DNA of 64,000 nucleotides from contig NC_043009.1 of assembly GCF_006345805.1 (NCBI RefSeq), positions 13,268,001 through 13,332,000 of the forward strand, read 5' to 3'. The first letter of the stretch is position 1, and every line of letters starts with the position of its first letter. The notes under the pieces were generated by a model. That model was not told where the DNA came from. It was given only the letters and a program-made list of their open reading frames with translations, and ran no database searches. Positions 24,990 through 37,047 of this stretch are shown here, in pieces. Source of the DNA: Octopus sinensis. Taxonomy: Eukaryota. The translations under genes were made by a program, and so were the position numbers.

Positions 24990-25977
24990 AATATAAATAA
25001 AAATACAAGAGTATAAATATAAAAAATAAAGTGTAAGGAAACCACAACAGAGTCCATTGAAGCCCATCTCTTCGATCGTTTCAAAGGATGCTGCTTCACA
25101 TCGTTAATGTACAATCCATTAAGTAATTCCAATGGCAACATCATCAGGAGAAAACGGTACACTTTTGGTTATTACATTGCTCAGTTGCAGACACGTTAAA
25201 ATAGACAAGTTAAAATAAGAATTGAGCGGATTCAAGCGAGGATTAGTCCACTGTCCATTTCAAAGATAAGGAATTTGCAATAGCTTCTACTCCATTTCAA
25301 TTCGAGATTACAGCTCATGCAATCCTCTGAAAGAATCTCATTTTAATTTTACCCTTATTTTTAGTTTTGTATCTCCTCAAGGAGTTTGGGAAAAACCTAT
25401 GGCTGCAAAAAGGGACCACACCAAAAGATTTATTAAGGAGTGTTGGTCCAAAACATTTAAGAATCAAGTTCGATTCCTTTAAACATAATCTGTTTAAATT
25501 AGAATTAATGTGGGAGGCCTCGGACAAGACTGAACATTCACTCGTATAGCTCATATTCCTCTTCTTCAAATCATGAATATAGGATACCAATGTGATAGAA
25601 TTGGAATATTTGGCATTTGAAAGTGAGTTCATGTGGGCCCTGTATCTCCTTTTAAAATCAATAGTGATCCTAATATATTCCCTAACCAAATTATTCTCCC
25701 CTCTAACAATACATTTCTAGAGTAAGTTTTTTTTTCTTTAGCCAACCCCTTTAAGGGTAAGTAAATTTTGGATTGGATTCTGGAATTACAACTAAATTTC
25801 GGTGTCTTAATTTAGTAGGTTCCAAATTTTCTCCAACAGGAACATTCCCAAGCGCTGAATCGTCAATGCCTGAAGGCAGTGAAGAGTGCAATAATTCATC
25901 ATTGATCCCTGGAATATTAACTATATTATTGGCCCGCATATCAGCAACAGGTGCCAAATTACGCCTTCCATTTATTT
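24990..25977 (-). mobile_element. Penelope-like element, GIY-YIG C-terminus plus 3' region (downstream part)
   Basis: EYIRITIDFKRRYRAHMNSLSNAKYSNSITLVSYIHDLK...RLCLKESNLILK...LLNK...FCSH; hammerhead-like motif at 25067-25151. Confidence 0.8.
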
Positions 25978-25979
25978 TA

Positions 25980-27310
25980 TTGGGTTGGCAATTAAGTTCC
26001 CGCGGTTATTTTAAATTTTGGAATTTGTTGCGTTTTTAAATTTTGGAATCTATTTTTTTCGAGAATTCTATTTTTGAATCACAGCACAAATTTCGCGAGC
26101 AGCTTTTACAGCCTTAGAACCTTGATTAAAAGCAAAAAAGAAGGAGGTGTCGAAAATGCCTCGTTTTTCTTAACTTGACATTTCATTTTATTGATCTGAA
26201 AATAAACAAAAATTAACTAAAATTAACTAGATAAATAAAATAGATTCCAAAATGATTCCAAAATAGAATTCTTGAAAAAAATAGATTCCAAAAGAGGGTG
26301 TCATAGCTGAAAGAACCGCTCGTGATTGGTATGTCAAGTACAAAAAATAGAAATTTTGACCTCAAAGACGCACCTCGTTCTGGCCGTACAGTTGAGTTCG
26401 AAGAAGAGCAATTAAACCAACTTTTGCCCGAACATTCTCATCAAAAGACAAGGGAAGTGGCAGAGAAAATGGAATGCTCTCACACTAATATGGAGAAGCA
26501 TCTTCACTTGATGGGAAAGGTTCAGAAGTATGTAGCATGGGTTCCGCATGCTTTAAGTGACAACAACTAAAATCAACGAGGCACAATTTCCGCTGGTTTG
26601 CTTCCTCGTCACCACTCAACTCATGGACACAAGCCACGGTTTCTCTACCGAATCGTTAGTGGCGACGGAAAGTGGTGTCTGTACATCAATGTGAAACAGT
26701 GTAAGGAATGACTTAGCCCCGGTAAACAAGCGACACCGCTCGTGAAACAAGATCTTCATCCGCGTAAAACGATGTTGTGCGTATGGCGGGACTGGGAAGG
26801 GATTATTCATTACGAATTGCTTGAACGGAACCAAACGGTCAACGCATAACTCTATGTTCAACAGATGGAACGACTCAACACGCTTAATCAAGAGAAAAGA
26901 CCTAATCGGCAGCATAGAGTTCTTCTGCTTCACAAAAACGCCCGACCTCATATCGCCAATATGACCAAAGAAGCCATTCAAACGCATGGTTGGGGAGTGC
27001 TGCTACACCCACCGTACTCTTCAGATTTGGCACGAACGGATTTTTACCTCTTTCGATCTCTTTCAAATGCTATGCGCGGAATTTCGTTCAATATTGATGC
27101 AGAATTGAGAGCTTAGTTGGATAAATTTTTCGAGTCGAAATCGTGTGATTTCTACCAACAAGGTATTGAAAATCTTGTTGAACGTTGGGAAGAAGTTGTA
27201 AAAAAAAGGCCGAATATATTATTGATTATTTAGTGGTTATTTTGCTTATGAAACCTTTTAAAAAATTTAAATTTAAAAAAAAAACGGCGGGAGTTTAGTT
27301 GCCAACCCAA
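25980..27310 (+). mobile_element. mariner (DD34D) transposon, full length, pseudogenised, with internal inversion
   Basis: TIRs TTGGGTTGGCAA(T/C)TAA... with TA duplication at 25978-79 and 27311-12. Motifs APRSGR, WVPHAL, IVSGDGKW, LH(K)NARPH and HPPYSSDLARTD (34-residue spacing); several stops. Confidence 0.95.
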
Positions 27311-27312
27311 TA

Positions 27313-27630
27313 CTTCTATTCGAAGAAGCAAGTTTGGTGTTACTAAATATGGAAACTTAATTCAAGATCAATTGCAAATAGAGTAATACTTGTGGCCTCT
27401 CGGGAAAATTTTCTCTAAAATTTTGAAAAACAAACTTGACAAATTTCTGACTTTAAGCGAGAAAGGTGTGTGTGTGTGTGGGGGGGGGGCATAACAAAGG
27501 GCGTCCCGTACTCTAGGCCTTTTAGATTGACCGGACTGTTTACATTCATACACGTCAGCTTTATGGTTAATATCATTATTATTAATAAATCCATTAGGCC
27601 GCTCATATCCACTCCTAATGAACCGCTTAT
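27313..27630 (-). mobile_element. Penelope-like element, upstream part of the copy split by the mariner
   Basis: PPP..PFSLKVRNLSSLFFKILEKIFPRGHKYYSICN.S.IKFPYLVTPNL resembles the PLE thumb/linker consensus (NPPFS...FP..H...IFNR..IK.SYS.TPN). Confidence 0.7.
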
Positions 27631-27631
27631 A

Positions 27632-28037
27632 CTATTTTACTCTTTTACTTGTTTCAGTCATTTGACTGCGGCCATGCTGGAGCACCGCCTTTAATCGAGC
27701 AACTCGACCCCGAGACGTATTCTTCGTAAGCCCAGTACTTATTCTATCGGTCTCTTTTGCCGAAACATTAACTGACGGGGACATAAACACACCAGCATCG
27801 GTTGTCAAGCAATGCTGGGGGGACAAACACAGACACACATACATATACACACATACAGACCCACATATACATATATACGACGGGCTTCTTTCAGTTTCCG
27901 TCTACCAAATCCCCTCACAAGGCTTTGGTCGGCCCGAGGCTATAGTAGAAGACACTTGCCCAAGGTGCCACGCAGTGGGACTGAACCCGGAACCATGTGA
28001 TTGGTAAACAAGCTACTTACCACACAGCCACTCCTGC
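27632..28037 (-). mobile_element. SINE family A, full length
   Basis: Reverse complement aligns with 38777-39183. Confidence 0.93.
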
Positions 28038-28989
28038 TTATATCGATTATTAGCTATTAACTCGTACAAAAACACACACACACGCATATATATCCAATTA
28101 TATATATAATAAATATAAAATAACGTTACTAATAGCTAGTATTTGATATTTATCCTATCCAGTTATAACATATAAAACATAGAATGTAAGTATACATTCT
28201 AAAATACAAAAAGGAAAAATGTAATATTTTAAATAGTAAGTACAATTTTAAATAAAAGTTACCTTAAAGCAAATAGTATAAAAATAAATGTAATATTAAA
28301 AGCAATAGAGTACATAATAATGTAAGGGATATCGCATAAATATATGATACTATAAATAAAGTGAAAAGGAAATGATAATTGAGTGATTGTAAATTGAAGG
28401 GGAAAGATATTCAAGAAAGAAAATGATTGACGTTCATGCCTTATAAGTGATACAATAAAAAATAAAGACTATAACTATAAAAATATAGCTTATAATACAA
28501 AAAGCAAAGTGAAATCATAAATAGAAGACACATAAAATATATTCAAACAATATAAAAATATAATGTGATGTATATAATATAAAATTGAGTGCAAGTAAGT
28601 GAAAATAATATATTTAATATTTGATACCATTGATAGGGAGAAACGTAAGATAATTGAAAAGATAAAATAGAAGGAAAGTGATAATCGATTGTCTGGGATG
28701 TAGCCTTGTTTAAAAGTGATGCATAAATAAAAATAATTAAGGAGACTGAGTATGAAATTAAAAAAACGGTAGTATTATTGAAAGGATAGAGTAAAAATTA
28801 TAATGTTGAGGGTATATATGAATTCGCAAATCCATAAAGAATGTAGAACTAAAGTAAAGCTATAAAGAAAAGTATAAATAAGGAGATAGCACAAGAATCC
28901 TAATCCGAAGAAAATAAAACCTATGGTTCGAAACGTGATCATGAATCAAAGACAATCTGAGAAGTAAATTTAGTTAATATGTGTTGTAA

Positions 28990-29700
28990 AGAAAAGTTCT
29001 AATGATATGTGGTCACCTCAAAATACCCTTCGTGGAATGTATTTATCAGGATGGCTTTGAAGTTCATAATAGGGAGCGCATCGCTACAGTAGAGCACACA
29101 ATATCCTCCGCCGCCTGTGTCAGGCGCAGCACATCTAATAATAGACCAAGAGCTTGAGTAGTTCTTGCCGTTCTGTTTAAGCCCCCACATTAGCTTCGAT
29201 AATGAAGTGAAATTAGCCTTGCTTTCATTCCTAAAATTATATAAATGCTTTCGTAATCAGATCTTATATTTATTTGAAGTCGCAGCAATGTAATTATATA
29301 TTTTGCCAGATATAAGGAAACAACATTTGTAAACAACATTATGTAGGGAATACTCGGCCGGTCTTCTGTAAGTAAACATAATTTTATCCTTCCCTCAGGA
29401 CCTATGCAATTGTCAATATGAGGAGATGGATTATCATACTTAACACGAATATCTTAGCTAGTTATTTCATTATTCCGTACATTCTCATCGCAGCTGAAAT
29501 TACTGGTATCGCATCTCCGTTGCTGTTAGTAACCTACTGATTGGGGATTCCAACCATTGGGGAGGCGACACACAGAACTAGGTTGACTTAAGCAACTTTT
29601 TCTTTTCACAAGCTATGTTATAAGTACCTTCCCGGTTCGATATCTATTTCTCCTTTCGCCTCGGTGTCACTTTCAGCTGTAGAGCTATTTTTATTTTTGT
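28990..29700 (-). mobile_element. Degenerate Penelope-like fragment (GIY-YIG C-terminus)
   Basis: NYSSSWSIIRCAAPDTGGGGYCVLYCSDAL.IMNF...LINT resembles the W.I...A.PY....C.LCL.E...LN motif also seen at 25315-25689. Confidence 0.5.
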
Positions 29701-29779
29701 TCTTCAGTTTAACGAAATTGCTTTTCGCTTTAACGAAGTTATAAAATTATCCTCTTATACTCACTGGATATTTGGAGCA

Positions 29780-30860
29780 CTACATACAGACTGCAAAATG
29801 CTTCTATGTCTATCAACTAAAAATATTGCCATACATTCGAGGAAACTATACATAGAGTCGCTTCTGCATAGAACTTCCAAATTTATTAACAAACTGAGAT
29901 GGCGTGGTTCCTTTGTGGATCTAAAACGTAACAAAAGAGAATTGGACAGTAAAAACAAATCTGATTTTCATAAAGGCTTAGGAATCCTCCTTTCCATCTG
30001 AGTCTCTCTTATTTTGAAACAGATATAATGAATACGATTAAAAATTTAAGGTTCTCTAAATAAACCAACTCCTTTCAGAAAACATTATCAGAGAGGATTT
30101 CTTCAATCAGATCTCCGCCGGACCTACACTTGGTCTCTTATAAAACCGGAAACATTTACTCTGAACCTCTGAAACCGTACTTTGGTTTGGTATCAAAAGA
30201 ACTGTATTCCGGTTATAAGCATGTACAAGAAAAACTACCCTGGGTGAAATCAATGACGATCATTACCACACTATCTCGCAGCTGGGCCTGTTGGATAAGA
30301 CCCAACCCTAACCTCCAGAGACGCCTCACTGTCTATTGCCAAACTTTATGTAGAATCCATCCGTTAGGTTGATCTGCCCAACGAAGTCAGACTTTGGTAG
30401 GATAAGTAAATGCATTATTGATCCCATTATTCCATTTTTGAGGAATAAAATTCAACTTCCATTAAGGAATTCTAATGGTGATATCATCCTTTGTTTCAAC
30501 TCCCTCGTGGATAAGCAGAAGTTACGATTTGTCCAATTTGACATCTCAAACTATTATAACTCGATTTTCCCAATTCTATTGAATAAGGATCCCCTTTCTG
30601 CCGGTAAATTTATCGAAATCCATGGCTCAGATATTGAAATTGTACTTGTAAAACGTGTAAGCTGTCGTATACTACATCCTTTGTCTTAGTTTATATGATT
30701 CTTAGAATCTAAATAATGCTCTCGTTTTAAATATTGAGTCATACTAGCGCATATACAACTATCTATACATATAGATGCATACATACTGTCATACAAACAG
30801 ATTCACTGATGAAGAGTGTTTAGTTATTCTGCAAACTAAATTAACTGAATTTCTGAATAA
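29780..30860 (+). mobile_element. Penelope-like element RT fragment
   Basis: LHRTSKFINKLRW; ICPTKSDFGRISKCIID...LRFVQFDISNYYNSI...LL (PLE RT motifs); decayed CTGATGA core at 30806. Confidence 0.75.
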
Positions 30861-31399
30861 GAGATGCTGTATTTAAAAAGTAACTACATTCTAAATGCAA
30901 AGCTAAAGCGAATCCCTTGGTTCTATCTATAAATTGCAAATTTAATATATTTGATGGGATTCTAATGTTTTCATCAACTTAATTTCACTCACATAGTGTG
31001 GAGGGACTCGTGGTCACTCTATTTCAGGAGATATCCGGAACATACACGCAGGTAAACACACACGCATATACACACACATACATATATTGAAATGAGTAAA
31101 TATGTGTATGCGCGCGCGCGTTACTACGATTGTTAATATAGGAAAAAAGGGCAATTTTGAGAGGAGTGTTTGAGTAAATATTATCGACCTCAAAACATGG
31201 CAGATACTTTATTTGGTTGCATGATTCGAAGTGTATGCTGCCGACAAAATATAAAAGTCATTATGAATAAAATTAAAATAGATATTACAATTAGTATAAC
31301 ATTATACTGAGTCATTGCAAAGAATATTTAGCAACGATATCTATCTAAAATATTTATATAGATATAATAGATAGAAGAATAGATAGATAGATAGATAAA

Positions 31400-31417
31400 T
31401 AGAAAGAATGATGGACA

Positions 31418-31482
<65 letters not shown>

Positions 31483-31515
31483 GTGTGTGTGTGTGTGTAT
31501 GTATGTATATATAAC
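31400..31515. repeat. (TA)n/(TG)n microsatellite
   Basis: Direct reading. Confidence 0.95.
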
Positions 31516-34028
31516 AGTGTACATGCAACACATACATTCATATAGGTTTGTATTTGTGCATGTATATGAGTATGAATTTGTCTTTGCACATGTGACTGAC
31601 CATTTAAAAAAAATCCTCGAGCTCACCTATAATTAAATACATACGCATACATTCATGCATATGCACGTACGTTTCCATATTTACAGTCGAGAATTTTCAG
31701 CAACTGGTCTGACTCACATCCGTCTAAATTTATACAGAACAATGTACACATAAACTTTTATTTCTAAAAGCGACAAAATCAGAAGTCACTACATCTAACA
31801 TCAACGACTCCAATAACGCCTACTTAGTAATATAGATCACAACGCGTCCTCCCACTCTTTCACATACTTTGTACGCATACATATATGTATATATATATGT
31901 ATGTATATATATGTATATATATGTATATATGCATACACTAACATACATGCATATACGTAGGAACATACATATATACGCATATTACACTACACTTACACTG
32001 GTGCACTCCTCATTTATACTGTAAATATTATCGTCCATTCATTATACTTTGGCATTACTATTTCTAGTTATACAAACTTTGCTCCCTCGCTCACACTCTT
32101 CTTTCCCGTGATATATTAACAACGGAACGTAACGTTAGCGTACAAACTTTTATCTTGCATATATTCTTGGATAATCCTCTATGACTGTAAGTTCAAAGTG
32201 CAATTGAAATGTAATTTATCATCTATGATCCTTGGAAGATTTGTCATCGTTAAATCAGGAAGCACTATTCCGAGAAGTGATGCCTTTAACTGAAAAGTGT
32301 TATAAACAATAAATGAGCAAGGGGTCCCCAAGAATTGCAGAAAGCGATGTCAAGGTAACGAAAAGGAAACAAAACTTACACACCAGTTACTGAATCTATA
32401 GACAAGATATAATGATATCTTAGAATCATATTTACAAAAGTAATCCGACTTTGTGAGTTTGTATTTATAGAAACAAATAAAATCATACTTTAGACGAGTC
32501 CTAATTGCGCTTTTAAATTTATCCTTTTTACTGATCAAATATATAGCGCTTTAAAAAAAACATTTATTTTGTTATTTTTAGACGGAGACAATTGCTATTT
32601 TATAAGGAAACTTAATATACATTTTAATATTTTAAAATGGTTCATTTGATATATTAGATAAGCGGTCGACATCAGATATTGTTCGTCAGCGCTCCGTGTC
32701 CGGCTATTCCACTTTATCCAATATAGAAAGTAAGTATTGATCACTTCAAGTCACAATAATGTATTTATCGCATGTGAACTGTACATTACCCACACTATAC
32801 GTAAAACAGGATTTCCATTTTTGGTCAGATAATATTGTTGATATGGTTGAAATTGTTGTCAAAACAAGAATTTCTCATTTTACAATATCAAGGATTGTGT
32901 AATATGGAACATCAACTAGTATTTTCCAAATCCTTATATAACTACGCAATAAATCAATAACTTTACCATACCATTGACCTATCCTAAAGTAATAATTACA
33001 TGAGTATGAAAGATTTATTTTTAATATTTAACAACAACATTACAAGTATATTTATTAATAATAATTATGATATAGAAATTCAGCGCAACCTATTATATAT
33101 ATAATACAGAAAGCTTATTCAATAAGTTTAGAATGCGTAGACTTGATTTGATATATACGTACATACTCGAAATAATATAATCATAAATAATAATTAAACC
33201 TATTGTTTAATTGATATTTACACATAATTGTATATACTTCGTAGCAATCTAAGAACCATTTAATGTATATATCCAGAGATATATATTTCCAGCGTTGATT
33301 GTCGATCCGATAGTATCGAATTTTTACAACTAAACCAAATGTATGAGATGAGAACTTTGAAATATTCTGGAAGATGGAGTAAGATTCATCTTCTAAGATG
33401 CAAACTAGCGGATAAAGAAAGCAACAACACATAACAGAGGCATGATGAGTAGTCATTTAATGGGGCAGTACTGGGAGATGTCCTGCTGTAAGAAGTGAGG
33501 TTGGGAGATCAAATAAGGTATGATAGAAGTGTAATAAAAATGTTAAAAAAACGTAATAGCACGTTCGAAGAGACGAGTAGGGACATGTGAATATGCACCC
33601 TCTGCTGACCAATATTCATAAAAAATATCAGAGGATCATCAAGTATCACAAAACCATTAAAAGTGTATTTTTGTTTACATGAATATGTCTTAGACAACTC
33701 ACTATTATACACACTATCATAATTATATCCATCAACTATTATCTAGAAATGAGCATTCGGTATTCCATTGCGTTTTAAATTTTAGCAGTTGCCTTGATAA
33801 AGTAACGTATTTGAGACGCTCGTTAATCAGTAATTGACATATCGGATAAGAGTGTACACACGATGTCAAGTTTGCGTTGCACACATTTGAGAAAGAGGGA
33901 AAACGGTGCTAAAAATGGATGAGAGCAAATAGGGATGACTCAAAATGTTATAAAGGAATTTGTGAATACTGGTAACTTGAAGTGGAAATAGGATTGGTGA
34001 AAGCCCCGAACGGTCAGGGAAAGGAGAC

Positions 34029-34400
<372 letters not shown>

Positions 34401-34638
34401 AAATTTATATGTTCAAAGCAGTGCTCCAGCATTACCACAATCAAATGACTGACACAAGTAATAGAATAAAAGAATATATATGTACGTAAGCATATATAGA
34501 TACCACGCACACACACACACGCGCGACAGAAGTAAATGGACAGCCTTATAATCGTTAAAAGTTATTTAAATCTGAAATTATACATTCAAATTGCTTATTC
34601 ATTACTATAATGTGAATATCTAATATTTAATAGACATA

Positions 34639-34809
34639 GGCGCAGGAGTAGCTATGTGGTAAGTAGCTTGCTAACCAACCACATGGTTCCGGGTTCAGTT
34701 CCACTGCGTGGCATCTTGGGCAAGTGTCTTCTGCTATAGCCCCGGGCCGACCAATGCCTTGTGAGTGGATTTGGCAGACGGAAACTGAAAGAAGCCTGTC
34801 GTATATATG

Positions 34810-34842
<33 letters not shown>

Positions 34843-35044
34843 TTGTGTGTCTGTGTTTGTCCCCTTAGCATTGCTTGACAACCGATGCTGGTGTGTTTAC
34901 GTCCCCGTAACTTAGCGGTTCGACAAAAGAGACCAATAGAATGAGTACTGGGCTTACAAAGAATAAGTCCCGGGGTCGATTTGCTCGACTAAAAGGCGGT
35001 GCTCCAGCATGGACGCAGTCAAATGACTGAAACAAGTAAAGAGT
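34639..35044 (+). mobile_element. SINE family A, full length
   Basis: A box tagctatgtgg, B box ggttcagttcc, central (TA)n(TG)n, tail cagtc-aaat-gactgaaacaagtaaagag. Confidence 0.95.
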
Positions 35045-35046
35045 AT

Positions 35047-35241
35047 GCCCGTTACATTTTTCAATGCAAGGACACTATTGGGCAAGCTACTGATCAGAGG
35101 ACGAATATTCTCTGGCAGTAATCTCAAAATATCTGGGATTGCGGGATGGCGTCATTTGAAGGCTAAAACAATGAGAAGCGCATTGTGACCAGCGATGTAT
35201 AGCAAGATCTGAGAGCCTGATCGGTCACGGTGATCACAGTG

Positions 35242-35245
<4 letters not shown>
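35047..35245 (+). mobile_element. RTE-clade LINE 3' end
   Basis: 3' UTR homologous to the reverse complement of 13315-13390; ends in (TA)n. Confidence 0.6.
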
Positions 35246-35272
<27 letters not shown>

Positions 35273-35310
35273 CATGCATATAGATAGATAGAAAGATAGA
35301 TAGATATAGT

Positions 35311-35980
35311 AAATATTATTTGCCAAACCAATGTGGCCACCCTACGCAGGACAATGTTACTACACTTTAGCCCCAGGAAAACATCTTTTCCAGCATTATA
35401 TGGACATATGGTCAGTGTCCGTATACTGTGAACAAGGATATCGATTGCTCCCTTTCTAGCCTTAGCGATACCTTTTGGCCAATGGTTTCTGATTTATTTT
35501 TATTCCTCGGTACAGGCCAACAACCGGCTAGAGATGGCACCTACTCGACCTTGCTCACAGTATATACTTTTAAAGCGACACATAGCTGCTGATCTCGTAA
35601 AGACAAAAAAACAGTTTTAAATTTCTGAGCGAGAAATAAGTAGTAACAGTACCGTACACTAAATTTTATTTGCCAATACAATGTGGTAGTCCTACGCAGG
35701 AAGATGTTACTACTCTTTGGCCCCAGGAAAACATCTTTTCAAACAGTATACGTACACATGGTCTAAGTCCGTATACTGTGAGCAAGGGAATCTACTGCTC
35801 CGTTTCTAGCCTTACCGATACCTGTAGGCCAATGGTTTCTGGGTTATTCTTGTGTCTAGCCGGCGTTTGTCCTGCACCGAGATAGGTAAATTACCCAGAA
35901 AACATTGGTCTACAACATGTATTACTAAAGCTAGAAGCGGAGCAGTAGATTTCCTTGCTCAAGTATACAGACACAGACCA
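35311..35980. repeat. Two tandem copies (350-bp period) of a fold-back, MITE-like element
   Basis: 35311-35491 resembles 35661-35842. The second unit forms a long hairpin (35759-35846 against 35891-35980); the first retains gtatactgtgaacaagg / ccttgctcacagtata. Confidence 0.7.
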
Positions 35981-36193
35981 TTGTCTTGCGTAGAACTGTC
36001 ATATTGTGTTGGCAAATAGACTTCGCTGTATGGTGTTGTTATTAGATATTTCTCACTGAGCGATTTAAAACTATGTGTGTATGTGTATGTGTGTGTGCTT
36101 GTGTGTGTATGTTTAATGTTGAAAAGTGACACACGAGTTGATATATACAAGAAAAATAGACAAGGGATAGAATGCTAAAATAATTGTATTATA

Positions 36194-36374
36194 AAATACA
36201 TTTTGTAACGGTTAGTACCGGCGTCTGTCTGATATTAATTGAGAAGATAATCAATTAATTTGAAGAAAAAATCAAATGAAATGTTCCTTCTCAATTAATA
36301 TCCGCCTTTCTTTTACTCTTAGTTGAAAAAGTCGAAATGGCAGAAACTGATACTAACCGTTACAAAATGTATTT
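36194..36374. mobile_element. 181-bp MITE-like fold-back element
   Basis: Perfect 24-bp terminal IR (36194-36217 / 36351-36374) plus a perfect 16-bp inner IR (36231-36246 / 36287-36302). Confidence 0.75.
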
Positions 36375-36738
36375 CATGATAAAAGTATTTTAGCAGTTCC
36401 TACCTTGTCTTATTTATAATTTTAAAAGCGAAATGTCATTAAGAAACATATACACTAATCTTTTGAAAAGAAGAGGACGGTAATTTACAGATGTTTATAG
36501 TTTGATATACCTAATCGGCACAATATCTATCTGTAACAAAACGACATATGCAGAAAATATATATTAGTCACAGAGGCAGTATTAATACCGGGAGTTAATA
36601 TTTATTCTCGATTAAACTTGAATGTTCTGTGGTAGTTGCATGAGAGAAATTCTCATATTCGCTTCAGGTGCGAAATGCCGTCTTGTTTATATCGGTAGGG
36701 AGCAGAAAAATCCTCAAAACCTCTAGCGCCTAAGACCA

Positions 36739-37047
36739 TCAGATGACGTGATTTCGACTTTCCTTGGTCTCGTCACGGATGAACTCTCGACCGCTTGAAA
36801 TAGCAGTGATTATTCTTTTCACCAAGACAGGTGCTGGTGTCGCGATTAGCCAGTGAACTTGTTTTAAAATATGTATTAGCGATAAACGCAGTATTAGTAT
36901 CGAGGGGTAATATGTATTTAAACGTGGATGCTCTGAATTTAAACGTGGGTGGTCACGACAGCCGAAGTTTCGTGGATTAACTCCCCGCTTGCGATACAAA
37001 CCAGAATTGCATTTTGCAGCAAAAGCCAATATGAGAGGTACTCCCAT
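36739..37047 (-). CDS. Orphan 102-aa ORF, low complexity absent, function unknown
   Basis: Strong Kozak context gctaccATGG, in-frame stop 8 codons upstream, relatively GC/CpG-rich non-repetitive context, hydrophobic N-terminus MGVPLILAFAA. No homology recognised. Confidence 0.2.
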   Translation of the reverse strand: MGVPLILAFAAKCNSGLYRKRGVNPRNFGCRDHPRLNSEHPRLNTYYPSILILRLSLIHILKQVHWLIATPAPVLVKRIITAISSGREFIRDETKESRNHVI

